From positions 64,001 through 128,000 of the forward strand of contig JBBQUR010000001.1 of the NCBI GenBank assembly GCA_038212275.1: 64,000 nt of DNA, in the 5' to 3' direction. Every line of letters starts with the position of its first letter. Positions within the stretch are counted from its first letter, which is position 1. Below are positions 38,294 through 48,596 of the stretch, in pieces. The notes under the pieces are model-generated. The model saw nothing but the letters and a program-made list of their open reading frames with translations. It was not told the origin of the DNA and made no database searches. A program made the position numbers and the translations under genes. Source of the stretch: Planctomycetota bacterium. GTDB lineage: Bacteria; Planctomycetota; B15-G4.

Positions 38294-41275
38294 TCACTCC
38301 AGCAGCGCGTCGTAGCGTTCGCGCGTCTGCTGCGCCGCGTTTTCGAGGTCCACGAGGAGCTGGTGCCCGGCGTCGCCTTCGGCGCTGTCCACGTAGCCGA
38401 GGCGCAGGGCCAGCGCGCGACACTGCTCGGGGTCGGCCGGGACTTCCTTGGTGTCGAGGCCCAGCGCGATCTGCAGGCGCGTCTCGACGCGGCGGAAGAA
38501 GAGATAGGTGTCGCGCAGCCACAGCGCCGTGTTCTCCGGAAGGACTTCGGCATCGCCGAGCGCTTCGAGCGCGCGCGGGGTCTCCTGCACGAGCAGGGAG
38601 GGCATGCGTTCGCCGTGCTTGAGCTGCAGGAACTGCGTGAGGAACTCGATGTCCACCATGCCGCCGGTGCCGCGCTTGAGATCGAGGCCGTGCGCCGTGG
38701 CTTCGATGCGCGCGCGCATGTCGCGGAGGCGTGTCGCCAGGTCTTCGGGCAGCTCGGGGCCGCGCACCGTGCTGCGCACGACGGAGTGGACCTTCTGTCC
38801 GAGTTCCGCGTCGCCCGCGATGACGCGCGCCTTGAGCAGCGCCTGGCGCTCGAAGAGCGCGGCGCGCGGCGAGCGATAGTAAGCCTGCAGGGCGCGCAGG
38901 CTGGTGACCAGCGGCCCCTTGGCGCCTTCCGGGCGCAGCCGCGTGTCGAGCCGGTAGAGTCGCGGGCCGCCGCGCGCTCCGGAGATGCGCGCGATGAACT
39001 CTTCGGCGACTCGCGCGAAGAAGACGCTGTTGGGCGTGCCGTTGTCGGTCTGGCCCTCGCCGCTGTAGACGAAGAGCACGTCGGCGTCGCTGGCGTAGTT
39101 GGCTTCCAGGCCGCCGACCTTGCCGACCGCGACGACGACCATGCCGGCCGACGCCTTGGCGGAGAGGCCCTTGATGCAGTAGGGCGAGCCGTGCTCGCGC
39201 ACGGCGCGGGACATGCACACGTCGAAGCCGCGCCGCAGGATGTCGATGCAGAGCTGCGACAATTCGGCCAGCGTCTGGCGGATGGGCGTGCTGTCCTGCA
39301 GGTCGTGCACGCCGATCCGCAGCGTTTCCAGCTTCTTGTAGTCCGAGAGCACGAGCCACGGGTCCTCGCCGACGTCTCGATTCTCGCGCTCGAGGCCCGA
39401 GAGACTCTGGCGGCGCGCGTGGCGGCCGCGCATGCCGGTGAGGAGCGCATCGATGAAGTCGTCGAAGATGTGCGGTTCGGAGATGAGCAGTTCGGTGAGA
39501 TACGGGCTGCCGGCGGCGAGGTCGCAGAGCATTGCCAGCAGGGCCGGCTCATGGCCGAGCTGGCTGTACAGCACCTCGCGCGCACCGACGCCGGCGGTCA
39601 TGCGCTCGAAGCGATCGAGCGCGGCGTCCGGGTCGGGCGCCAGCGCGAGGCGCTCGAGCAGCACGGGGGCCACCGAAGCGAACGCCGAGAGCAGGCGCGG
39701 CGAAGCCGGAAGGAAGCGGCTGGCCGGGGCGCCTGCCCGGCGCAGCATCGCAAGGCTGTCGGCGGGGCGCTGGAAGCCGAGATCCGCCAGCACGGCGTGG
39801 CTGCGCGCGACGGGCAATCGCGTGTCGAGGATGACCTCCGCGAGGTCGGCCGCCGGCCCCTCCATGTCGCGGAAGGCGCGCTGGAAATGGCGCTCGAAGA
39901 TCTCGCGCACCCGCACGCGATGTTCGCCGAGTTCCATGTCCAGGCTCTGCACGTCCCTGCGGTGCATCAGGCGCGCGAGCGGGAGGCGCTCCCCCGGCAG
40001 CCGGTGCGTCTGCACGCGGTGCATGACCTGCAGCAGGTTCTCGACGCGGCGGTGAAAGCGGTAGGCGGTCCGAAGTCGCGAGGCCTCCAGCGTGGTGATC
40101 GCGCCGGCGACGCGCAGGCGCTCGAGGCTCGTGAGCGTGGAGCGTGAAATGAGCCCCGGATTCTGCGCGGCGTGCAGCAGCGAGAGGAACTGCACGATCG
40201 TCTCGATGTCGCGAATGCCACCCGGAGCCTGCTTGATGTCCGCGGTTTCCTCGGGCGAACTGTGGTGCGCCTCGGTCACGCTCTTCAGTCGCTTGAACTG
40301 CCGGATCGCGCCTGCGTCCATGCCGCAGCGCAGGATCCACTCGTGCGTGCGCTGCAGGAATTGCGCGCCGGCGTCGCCGGCCTCGCTGACGAGCCGCGCC
40401 TTGGTGAGCATCTGGCGCTCCCACGGCCTTCCGACCTGCTCGTAGTACTGCATGCAGGACGAGAGGGTGCGCGTGAGGAATCCGGTCTGGCCTTCGGGGC
40501 GGAGGCGCATGTCCACCCGATAGAGGTGGCCCTCGGGCGTCTGGCGCGACAACAGCTTGAGCAGGGCCCGGCCCGCACCGTCGGCGGACGGCTGGTCGTC
40601 GGCGATGTCGGGTCGCACGAAGATCAGGTCGATGTCGCTGGAGTAGTTCAGCTCCATGCCGCCCAGCTTGCCCAGCGCCACGATCGCGAAGTGACGATCG
40701 GCGCCGAGTCCTGCGGCCGCGCTGCTCGTGATCGCATCCGCGAGCAGCGACAGTTTCTGCGTGACCTGCTCCACGTCGAGACCGCGGACGAGGTCCTCCC
40801 ACGCGATGGCGAGCAGGTCGCGCTGCTGGATCAGGCGCAAGGCGCGCTCGCGGTCGTCATGCGTGGCGGCTGCGAGGTACCGGGCCGGCGCTCCCGCGGC
40901 ATCGAAGGGCGTGCCGAGGTCGGCCAGCAGCTCCGGGCGCGCCAGGAGCAGGTCGGCCATGTGCTGGCTGCTGCCCAGAAACGTGGCCAGGTCGGAGGCA
41001 GGCACCGACGACATCGGGCGGTCTGCCAGCGTCGCGAGGCGGCTGCTGTTGATCAGTCCTGCCAGCGGATCCGCGCTGGCCGCGCTGCCCAGCACGATGG
41101 CGGCGACGGGCACGTCGTCGCGCGGTGCGGCGAGCAGCGCGTCGAGAGCCTCGCATGCGGCCCGCCCATCGGTGAAGCCCGCGGCGACGAATGCGCTTCG
41201 CATCCGGTCGGCCTGCACGTGCCCTGCGGCGCGCGCGGTCACCAGCGTCTGCAGATCGTCCTCGCTCCCGGTCAT
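38294..41275 (-). CDS. glnE: Bifunctional glutamine synthetase adenylyltransferase/adenylyl-removing enzyme
   Basis: Two NT domains: GKLGGMELNYSSDIDL / RVDMRLRPEG and GKVGGLEANYASDAD / RLDTRLRPEG. Also GGIRDIE and GGMVDIEF. Confidence 0.94.
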   Translation of the reverse strand: MTGSEDDLQTLVTARAAGHVQADRMRSAFVAAGFTDGRAACEALDALLAAPRDDVPVAAIVLGSAASADPLAGLINSSRLATLADRPMSSVPASDLATFLGSSQHMADLLLARPELLADLGTPFDAAGAPARYLAAATHDDRERALRLIQQRDLLAIAWEDLVRGLDVEQVTQKLSLLADAITSSAAAGLGADRHFAIVALGKLGGMELNYSSDIDLIFVRPDIADDQPSADGAGRALLKLLSRQTPEGHLYRVDMRLRPEGQTGFLTRTLSSCMQYYEQVGRPWERQMLTKARLVSEAGDAGAQFLQRTHEWILRCGMDAGAIRQFKRLKSVTEAHHSSPEETADIKQAPGGIRDIETIVQFLSLLHAAQNPGLISRSTLTSLERLRVAGAITTLEASRLRTAYRFHRRVENLLQVMHRVQTHRLPGERLPLARLMHRRDVQSLDMELGEHRVRVREIFERHFQRAFRDMEGPAADLAEVILDTRLPVARSHAVLADLGFQRPADSLAMLRRAGAPASRFLPASPRLLSAFASVAPVLLERLALAPDPDAALDRFERMTAGVGAREVLYSQLGHEPALLAMLCDLAAGSPYLTELLISEPHIFDDFIDALLTGMRGRHARRQSLSGLERENRDVGEDPWLVLSDYKKLETLRIGVHDLQDSTPIRQTLAELSQLCIDILRRGFDVCMSRAVREHGSPYCIKGLSAKASAGMVVVAVGKVGGLEANYASDADVLFVYSGEGQTDNGTPNSVFFARVAEEFIARISGARGGPRLYRLDTRLRPEGAKGPLVTSLRALQAYYRSPRAALFERQALLKARVIAGDAELGQKVHSVVRSTVRGPELPEDLATRLRDMRARIEATAHGLDLKRGTGGMVDIEFLTQFLQLKHGERMPSLLVQETPRALEALGDAEVLPENTALWLRDTYLFFRRVETRLQIALGLDTKEVPADPEQCRALALRLGYVDSAEGDAGHQLLVDLENAAQQTRERYDALLE

Positions 41276-42312
41276 CGCCGGCACGCATCGAGCAGGGCCA
41301 GCGCGGCTTCCGTCACTGCGTCGGGCGCGAGGCGGTCCATGCACAGGCGGTCGCGGCAGCGACGCAAGGTGCATGGACTGCACGCGACGCCTGCGCGCAC
41401 GACGACGGAGCGGTCGAAGCACGGGCCGGTCACGGCCGCGTCCTTCGGTCCGTAGAGCCCGACGACCGGCGTGCCGAGGAAATTGGCGAGGTGCAGGGGC
41501 AGCGAGTCCGAGGCCACGACTAGATCGGCCGCGGCCAGCAGTGCGAGCAGATCGGGCAGGCCGCCGCGCGGGCCCGCGTGCAGCGCCTCGGGCGCCGCGG
41601 CTCGGACGGCGGCGACGAGCGCCTCCTCGTCCGGTCCGCCTGTCACGAGCACGCGGGCGCCGTGCTCGCGCACGAGAGCAAGCCCGACGGCGCTGAAGTG
41701 CCCGGGCGCCCAGCGCTTGAATGCGCCGAACGCCGACGTGCCCGGGTGGAGCACGACGAGCGGACCCCGGCGCGTGGACGGGCCGGCCAGCCCGCCGAGG
41801 AAGTCGCCGACGCGTCGGCGTGCGGCGTCATCGAGGGTGAGCGGCGGGCGGATCGGCGTGTGATCCACGGGAATGCCGAGGGCCTCGACGAGCGCCAGCG
41901 ACTGCTGCACGCGATGCCGCGCCCAGCGGGGCGGCGTGATCTGCTCGGTGAAGGCGCGATGGCTGCCCTCCCGGGCGAGTGCAGGGTTGAAACCCAGCTT
42001 CCGCGGGGCGCGCAGGAACGCGAGTTGCAGGCGGCTCTTGAGGTTGCCCTGGAGGTCGACCACGACATCGTCGTTCCGCGCTCGGAGAGTGAGAAAGTGT
42101 CGCGCCCATCGGGAGGGGCTGCGGCGCGGAAACACGACGATGTCGGACAGGCCGGCGACGCCGGCCAGCAGTCCCGCCGCACGGTCCTCGACGAGCCACG
42201 AGACGTGCTGGGCGCGCCCGCTTTCGATGAGGGCGCGAACCGCCGGGAGGGCGAACAGCACGTCGCCCAGCGCCGACAATCGCACGACGAGAACGGAGCG
42301 CAACGCAACCAC
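41272..42312 (-). CDS. Glycosyltransferase family 9 (LPS heptosyltransferase-like)
   Basis: RLSALGDV, DLQG, LHPG...KRW and DSLPLHLA...VVGLYGP. Start placed at the GTG 7 nt after TGcTAGCCT. Confidence 0.9.
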   Translation of the reverse strand: MVALRSVLVVRLSALGDVLFALPAVRALIESGRAQHVSWLVEDRAAGLLAGVAGLSDIVVFPRRSPSRWARHFLTLRARNDDVVVDLQGNLKSRLQLAFLRAPRKLGFNPALAREGSHRAFTEQITPPRWARHRVQQSLALVEALGIPVDHTPIRPPLTLDDAARRRVGDFLGGLAGPSTRRGPLVVLHPGTSAFGAFKRWAPGHFSAVGLALVREHGARVLVTGGPDEEALVAAVRAAAPEALHAGPRGGLPDLLALLAAADLVVASDSLPLHLANFLGTPVVGLYGPKDAAVTGPCFDRSVVVRAGVACSPCTLRRCRDRLCMDRLAPDAVTEAALALLDACRR

Positions 42313-42427
42313 GCGTCGCAGGCTAGCAAAGCGCGGTGCCGGGGCATCGGCCCGGAGCCTGGTCACGAACGCCTCGGGCTGGCCCTCGTGGAACCACTGA
42401 GCGGGGCGGGGTAAGGTGCGCACCGAC

Positions 42428-43336
42428 ATGGGTCCGTCCGATCTGCCGCCGGCCTTGCAGGCTTCCCATGTGCTGATGCGACGCGGGGGCGTCGCCTTGC
42501 TGCTCCGGCGCGGGTGGGACGTCGCGCTCCCCGTGCAAGCGATGCTCGAGGGGGCGCCGCTGGAGAGTTGGGGCGCTGCGGTGCCTCACGACCTGACCGG
42601 GCGTGGTCCGATGCACGTGCTGGCGACGGCGCGAGGCGAACTCGTCGCGAAGGAACTCCGGCGTGGAGGGCTGCTCGGCGGTGTGGCGCGGCGCACGTTT
42701 CTCGATCCGCGGCGCGGTTGGCGCGAAGCGGCCGCAGCCGAGACGCTCTCGGCGCGCGGCGTGGCCACGCCCGCGGTCGTGGCCGCACGCTCGCGGCGTG
42801 TCGCTCCCGGCCTGTATCGGCTGGACGTGGCGACCGAGCGGCTGCCTGCCGCGGGCGACCTGCTGGCGATGCTTCGCGCTCCGCAACCCGACTTGCGGCT
42901 GCTTGCGTCCGCCGCGGGCCTGACGCTCCGGCGCGCGCACGATGCCGGCCTGCGGCACCGCGATCTCAATGCGAAGAATCTGCTCGTTCCCGCGAACGCG
43001 GCCCGAAACGGCCTGATCGTCCTGGACCTCGATCGATGCACGGTGGGGAAGCCGCTGGCTCGCGAGGAACGGGTGGAGGCGTTGGCCCGTATGGCGCGGT
43101 CGCTCGTGAAGCGTGGCGTGCTGCCGCTGGCCGAGGCGGGCCGGAGCGAGGACATCGCCTTGCGTCAGCGGGCTGCGCTCGCGGCGTGCCGGGACTTTTT
43201 CCGGGCCTACGGCTCAGTGAACGGCCAGATGCCGGCCAAGCTGCTGGGCGAATGCGTCGCCACGCTTCAGCGCACGCTGGCGTGGCACGCTCGCGGCTGG
43301 ACGGCCCGCGGAACGTCCCGCGAAACGGCCCGCTGA
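42428..43336 (+). CDS. Lipopolysaccharide/Kdo kinase family protein
   Basis: KELRRGGL, E...L...GVATP, HRDLNAKNLL and LDLDR. Divergent from the GT9 gene. Confidence 0.85.
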   Translation: MGPSDLPPALQASHVLMRRGGVALLLRRGWDVALPVQAMLEGAPLESWGAAVPHDLTGRGPMHVLATARGELVAKELRRGGLLGGVARRTFLDPRRGWREAAAAETLSARGVATPAVVAARSRRVAPGLYRLDVATERLPAAGDLLAMLRAPQPDLRLLASAAGLTLRRAHDAGLRHRDLNAKNLLVPANAARNGLIVLDLDRCTVGKPLAREERVEALARMARSLVKRGVLPLAEAGRSEDIALRQRAALAACRDFFRAYGSVNGQMPAKLLGECVATLQRTLAWHARGWTARGTSRETAR

Positions 43337-43503
43337 GGGGGCACCTGCGGGGGGCACCTGCGGTGGGCCCGGCAGGAGTGCCGGCGGCGGTGACTCCGCT
43401 TGAACGCAAGGTCGGCGACCCGGTCGGCCGATGAGGCGTTTTCGAGAACCCGACACGTCCGTGCACGGGCTCGGCCTGACATCGAATGACCCGGAGAGGA
43501 ACC

Positions 43504-45597
43504 ATGCGCTTCCCCACGCGGACCATCCTGACCGCCATCGCCCTGCTGCTTGCGCCACGCGCGCTGCCGGCGCAACTCGCCGACATGCAGCCCGGCCGGA
43601 ACTTCACGAGTTCGGCGCAGTTCGGTACGGACCGCTCCGAGAACATCGACCCGGGCGACGTCGACAACGACGGCGACCTCGATGTCATCGTGGCGAACGG
43701 TGGTGACGGCGTGGCGCAGAACAACCGCATCTTCATCAACATGGGTGGCCTGCAGGGCGGGGTCGTGGGGACGTTCAACGAGCAGACAAGTACCCGCTTC
43801 GCCGGGTTTCCCCTCGACACGAGTCGCGACTGCGAGTTCGTTGACATCGAGCAGGACGGCGATCTCGATATCTACATCAGCAATCGAGGCACGACCGCGA
43901 ACGGCGGCGAGCCGTCGCGCTTCTACGTGAACATGGGCGGGAGCCAGGGCGGCACGGTCGGCTTCTACACGGAGGGGAGCAACACCCACTGGGGCAACCT
44001 GATTTCGGTGCCGGCGGGGGACCAGGTGCTCGGAGGAAATGTCGGGCCGTTCCGCGACTACAGCTGTGATTGCGACTTCGCGGATCTCGACGACGACGGC
44101 GACAACGACCTGTTTCACGGCAGCTACGGCCCGGCGCTGGACGGCACGCGTGACTCGCGCATCTTCCTCAACGATGGAGGCGGCATCTTCAACGAGGCCT
44201 GGCCGTGGGCCAACGCGGGAGCCGACATCCGCGTGCACGACGTGGACCTCGACCTCGTGGATCTCGACGGCGACTTCGACATCGACGTGATGATGTCCAG
44301 CCGCAACAGCCAGGCCCGCACGTACATGAACAACCTGTACAGCGGCATCAGCGCGTCGATGTTCAACGACATCACGCAGAGCGCCCTCATCGCGACCGGC
44401 GCGACGGGCACCGGCACCGTGAATTACGAAAGCGAGTACGGCGATGTCGACGGCGACGGCGACTTCGACGTGTGGATGAAGAACTACGATGCCAACATCG
44501 ACCGCATCCTGCGCAACGACGGCTTCACGCCGGGTGTCGGCTACAAGTTCACCGAGATGGCGAACTGGATCCGCAACGATCCGAATGTGGACGAGAACGA
44601 GATCGACTTCATCGATTTCGACAATGACGGCGACCTGGACAGCTTCGTCGCGAACTTCGGTGGCACCAACTGGCTCTACCAGAACGGCCTCGCGCAGGGC
44701 CTCGATCCGGACGTGTCGGGTCTGTTTCACCGCACCGGTGTGGCGGGCGGGCAGGCCCCGCAGCCAGAGCTTCCCGCGGCAAACAATGGCGGGCAGACCC
44801 TCGATGGCGACATCGCCGACGTCGACAACGACGGCGACGACGACATCCTGATTGCCAACGACGCAAACCAGCAGAACTTCCTGTTCACGAACGTGCTCGG
44901 CGTCCCGGACACGCATGCGCCGACCTTCTACCGACTCACGCAGCAGGCGGCCAAGCCGAATGGCAGCGCGACGGTCGTGCACGCGCAGATCCGCGACAAC
45001 ACGAGCTACTACCTCACCACGTTCTACCCGGCGAAGCTCATCTACTCGATCGATGGCGGCACGCCGCTCACGCTCGGCATGTCGCACCAGGGGAGCATGC
45101 AGTATCGCGGCGTGATCCCCGCGCAGGCGAACGCGACCGTGAGCTACCGGGTAGAGGTCACGGACCTTGCCGGGAACACGGGCATCTCGAACACGGTGAC
45201 GTTCCTGCAGGGGAGCGCTTCCGGCCCGTGGACCGACATCGGCTTCGGTCTCGGTGGCATCGACGGCCTCCCGCAGTTGGCTGGAACCGGCACGCTCGCT
45301 GCCGGATCGCCGGGGTCGCTGACGCTCACCCACGCCAAGCCCTCGTCGACATCGGTCCTCTTTCTGTCGCTCAGTTCGAGCCCGGTTCCCTTCAAGGGCG
45401 GCACGCTGGCGGCGTTTCCGTTCCTGGCCAACCTCGTGCTTGCGACCAATGGTTCAGGCGGGATCTCTCTGCCCTGGGGCAGCTGGCCGGCCGGTCTGCC
45501 GAGCGGCACGACCGTTTACTTCCAGATCGCGATCGCGGATGCCGCGGGCCCTTCCGGCGCCGCCCTGAGTAATGCGCTGCGGGCGACCACTCCCTGA
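43504..45597 (+). CDS. Secreted FG-GAP/VCBS-repeat protein with Ig-like domain and conserved C-terminal domain (paralog 1)
   Basis: RBS GGAGAGG, signal peptide and about seven DxDxDGDxD repeats. Confidence 0.88.
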   Translation: MRFPTRTILTAIALLLAPRALPAQLADMQPGRNFTSSAQFGTDRSENIDPGDVDNDGDLDVIVANGGDGVAQNNRIFINMGGLQGGVVGTFNEQTSTRFAGFPLDTSRDCEFVDIEQDGDLDIYISNRGTTANGGEPSRFYVNMGGSQGGTVGFYTEGSNTHWGNLISVPAGDQVLGGNVGPFRDYSCDCDFADLDDDGDNDLFHGSYGPALDGTRDSRIFLNDGGGIFNEAWPWANAGADIRVHDVDLDLVDLDGDFDIDVMMSSRNSQARTYMNNLYSGISASMFNDITQSALIATGATGTGTVNYESEYGDVDGDGDFDVWMKNYDANIDRILRNDGFTPGVGYKFTEMANWIRNDPNVDENEIDFIDFDNDGDLDSFVANFGGTNWLYQNGLAQGLDPDVSGLFHRTGVAGGQAPQPELPAANNGGQTLDGDIADVDNDGDDDILIANDANQQNFLFTNVLGVPDTHAPTFYRLTQQAAKPNGSATVVHAQIRDNTSYYLTTFYPAKLIYSIDGGTPLTLGMSHQGSMQYRGVIPAQANATVSYRVEVTDLAGNTGISNTVTFLQGSASGPWTDIGFGLGGIDGLPQLAGTGTLAAGSPGSLTLTHAKPSSTSVLFLSLSSSPVPFKGGTLAAFPFLANLVLATNGSGGISLPWGSWPAGLPSGTTVYFQIAIADAAGPSGAALSNALRATTP

Positions 45598-45969
45598 ACC
45601 GTTTCCGCCCGGAAATCCTGCCCTCGGTTCCCTGGGGCCGCGGGTGCGGGACGCACCATGGGCTCCGGTCCCCGGGGTGAGGCGCCTTGCGCATGGGTGA
45701 GATGCTCGCTTCGCACGCGGCTGGGCGATCGAATTCAGGTGCCTCGAAGCTGCCAAATCACGGCATCAGAGGCCGTTGGAATGAAGTCTGGCCGGGATAG
45801 CGACCCGGTCGTGGTTCGCAGATTCAGTGGAGCGCCGGGCAGCGGCAAATCAGGCCTTTCGGCCCGGACTTCGGGGCGATTCGTGCCAACGGGGCGCCAA
45901 CCGGGCGCCCGGAAGCGCGGACTCACTACGCCGCACCCAGGGCTGTTCTGCCGGACCAAAGATTCTTTA

Positions 45970-45999
45970 TTGCATAGTTTCGGGATATGCGAGTAGTCT
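45970..45999 (+). promoter_or_regulatory. Sigma70-type promoter with AT-rich upstream element for paralog 2
   Basis: AAAGATTCTTTA-TTGCAT-N18-TAGTCT, about 160 bp before the ATG. Confidence 0.6.
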
Positions 46000-46158
46000 T
46001 TGCGCCGCTGCGAATCCGACACTCGCGCCGGCTACCTGCCTCTCTTCCGCAGGTCGCAGGCACGTGAGCCGGAGCATCGGCCGCACCCCCTGCGGGCCCG
46101 GTGTGCAGTTTCGTGATAGGTGTCGCTTGGGACAGTTCTCAGTATCCGAGGTAACAAC

Positions 46159-48261
46159 ATGCGTTTCTCTTCCCTCTTCGGCTTCCTTGCTGCCGGGTCT
46201 GCGATCGCGCTGACCAGCAGCGCGGCGAATGCACAGGTGCTCGCCGACCTTCAACCTGGTCGAAATTTCTCGAGCTCGGCCAACTTCGGCACGAACCGCT
46301 CGGAAAATATCGATCCGGGTGACGTGGACAACGACGGCGATCTCGACGTCGGCGTTGCGAACGGCGGCGACTTCGGCCCCGAGAACAACCGTATCTTCAT
46401 CAACATGGGTGGCCTGCAGGGCGGGACCATCGGCACGTTCAACGAGCAGACCAGCACGCGCTTTGCCGGCGTTGCGGTTGATACCTCGCGCGACATCGAG
46501 TTCGTCGACGTCGACAACGACGCGGACCTTGATGTGTACATCGGCAACCGCGGTACCGTTCCGAACGGTGGCGAGACCAGCCGCTTCTACACCAACAAGG
46601 GCGGTCTGCAGGGCGGAACGATCGGCTTCTTCCAGGAGGACACGAACCTCCGGTGGGGCACGCTCGCGTCCGTGCCGGTGGGCGACCAGATTCTCGGCGG
46701 CAACGCCGGCCCATGGCGCGACTACACCTGCGATTGCGACTTCGGCGACCTTGATGACGACGGCGATACCGATCTGTTCCACAGCGGTTACGGCCCGGCC
46801 GTCAATGGCACGCGCAACTCGCGAATCTTCCTGAACACCGGCGCTGGAATCTTCAATGAGACGTTCCCGTGGGCCAATGCGGGGGCGGACATCCAGACGC
46901 ACACGATCGACTTCGACCTCGTCGACCTCGACGGCGATTTCGACCTCGATGTTTCCATGGCCAGCCGGAACAGTCAGGCTCGTCAGTACAACAACAACCT
47001 GTACAACCCGATCAGCGCGTCGATGTTCAACGACACGACTGCATGGTCGCTGCTTGCAAATCAGGCCGGTGGTTCGGCCACGGTGAACTACGAGAACGAG
47101 TATGGCGACCTCGATGGCGACGGCGACTTCGACATCTGGTTCAAGAACTACAACGGCAACCTGGACCGTGTTTTCCGCAATGACGGCTTCACGGCGGGCA
47201 TGGGGACTCAGTTCACGCAGATGAACAACTGGATCAAGAGCGATCCGAACGTGGACGAGAACGAAGTCGACTTCATCGACTACGACAACGACGGTGACCT
47301 CGACTCGTTTGTCGCGAACTTCGGCGGCACCAACTACCTGTACCAGAGCGGTCTGGCACAGGGCCTGAACTACGATTCGGTGGGTCTGTACCACCGGACC
47401 GGTACGGCGACCCTGTCCCCGAACCCCGAGCTGCCCGCTGCCAACAACGGCAGCACGACGCTCGACGGTGACGTGGCCGACATTGACAACGACGGCGACG
47501 ACGACCTGCTCGTTGCCAACGATGCCAATCAGCAGAACTTCCTGTTCAAGAACATTCTCGGTGTCCCCGACACGCACGCGCCGACCTTTTACAAGCTCAC
47601 GGCGCAGGCGGACAAGGCGAACGGCACCAGCACGGTGATCCACGCTCAGCTGCGTGACAACACCAGCTACTATCTCGTCAACTTCTACCCGACCAACCTG
47701 GTCTACCAGGTGGACGGTGGAGCTGATGTGACGGTGCAGATGTTCCACCAGGGGAGCATGCAGTTCCGCGGTGTCATCCCGGAACAGACCGACGCGACGA
47801 TCACGTATCACGTCACGACGGAGGACCTGACTGGCAACGTCGCGACCTCGGGCACGACCTGCTTCAAGCAGGGCAGCCCGGCGTCGCCGTGGAGCGACAT
47901 CGGTTTCGGTACGGCCGGCATCACGGGCATCCCCGCGCTGAATGGCACGGGAACGCTTGTCGGTGGCTGCCCGCTGACGATCGATCTGACCAATGCGAAG
48001 CCGGCTTCGACGGCCGGTCTCTTCGTGTCGATCGCGTCGGTCCCGGTGCCGTTCAAGGGCGGAACGCTTGCCGCGTTCCCGACCTTGACGGGCGAGCCGA
48101 TCATCCTTCCCACGCTGGGCGGCACCTTGTCGATCCCGAGCACGATGCCCTTGGGCGTCAATGGGCTGGGTGTGTCGCTCTACTTCCAGTACGTCATTGC
48201 TGACGCTGCTGGTCCGAAGGGATTCTCGCTGAGCAACACGCTCAAGGGTCTCGTGCCGTAA
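46159..48261 (+). CDS. Secreted FG-GAP/VCBS-repeat protein (paralog 2)
   Basis: RBS GAGG and signal peptide. Colinear with and highly similar to 43504..45597. Confidence 0.9.
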   Translation: MRFSSLFGFLAAGSAIALTSSAANAQVLADLQPGRNFSSSANFGTNRSENIDPGDVDNDGDLDVGVANGGDFGPENNRIFINMGGLQGGTIGTFNEQTSTRFAGVAVDTSRDIEFVDVDNDADLDVYIGNRGTVPNGGETSRFYTNKGGLQGGTIGFFQEDTNLRWGTLASVPVGDQILGGNAGPWRDYTCDCDFGDLDDDGDTDLFHSGYGPAVNGTRNSRIFLNTGAGIFNETFPWANAGADIQTHTIDFDLVDLDGDFDLDVSMASRNSQARQYNNNLYNPISASMFNDTTAWSLLANQAGGSATVNYENEYGDLDGDGDFDIWFKNYNGNLDRVFRNDGFTAGMGTQFTQMNNWIKSDPNVDENEVDFIDYDNDGDLDSFVANFGGTNYLYQSGLAQGLNYDSVGLYHRTGTATLSPNPELPAANNGSTTLDGDVADIDNDGDDDLLVANDANQQNFLFKNILGVPDTHAPTFYKLTAQADKANGTSTVIHAQLRDNTSYYLVNFYPTNLVYQVDGGADVTVQMFHQGSMQFRGVIPEQTDATITYHVTTEDLTGNVATSGTTCFKQGSPASPWSDIGFGTAGITGIPALNGTGTLVGGCPLTIDLTNAKPASTAGLFVSIASVPVPFKGGTLAAFPTLTGEPIILPTLGGTLSIPSTMPLGVNGLGVSLYFQYVIADAAGPKGFSLSNTLKGLVP

Positions 48262-48299
48262 GGCACCTTCGGTACGGTCAGGCGCAGGTCTGACCTGAA

Positions 48300-48344
48300 G
48301 ATGAGGCCCCCGGATCCGCATGGATCCGGGGGCCTCGTCATTTG
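48300..48344 (+). terminator. Intrinsic terminator
   Basis: GATGAGGCCCCCGGATCC-GCAT-GGATCCGGGGGCCTCGTC followed by ATTT. Confidence 0.8.
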
Positions 48345-48596
48345 AGGCGCGATTGTCAGTCGTTCGAGGCTTGTCTCGATGATGGGCAGGCCATTCGACG
48401 TGGCGTGTCTCGCGATCGTCGGTGGACAACTCAGTTCAATCGATGGTCCGGGCGGCAGGACAATCGAATGCCCGTCCAGTGGCGGTTCGGTGCTGCCTTC
48501 GATGGCAGGGCCGTTGCCGAGACTCCGCCACCTGCCGAGTGTCGAGGCAACGACGGGCGCGTTCGCAGAGGCTCGGGACCGGCTTGCGTCAACTCG

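Noticed and set aside
45830..45900. GGCAAA...GGAC segment resembling a c-di-GMP-I (GEMM) riboswitch
   Set aside because: It lacks the GAAA tetraloop on the sense strand and the GCAAAGC/P2 elements, and it lies upstream of the predicted promoter.
48345..48596. Short ORFs in the 250-bp gap after the terminator
   Set aside because: No RBS, codon bias or motif support. Left as non-coding.
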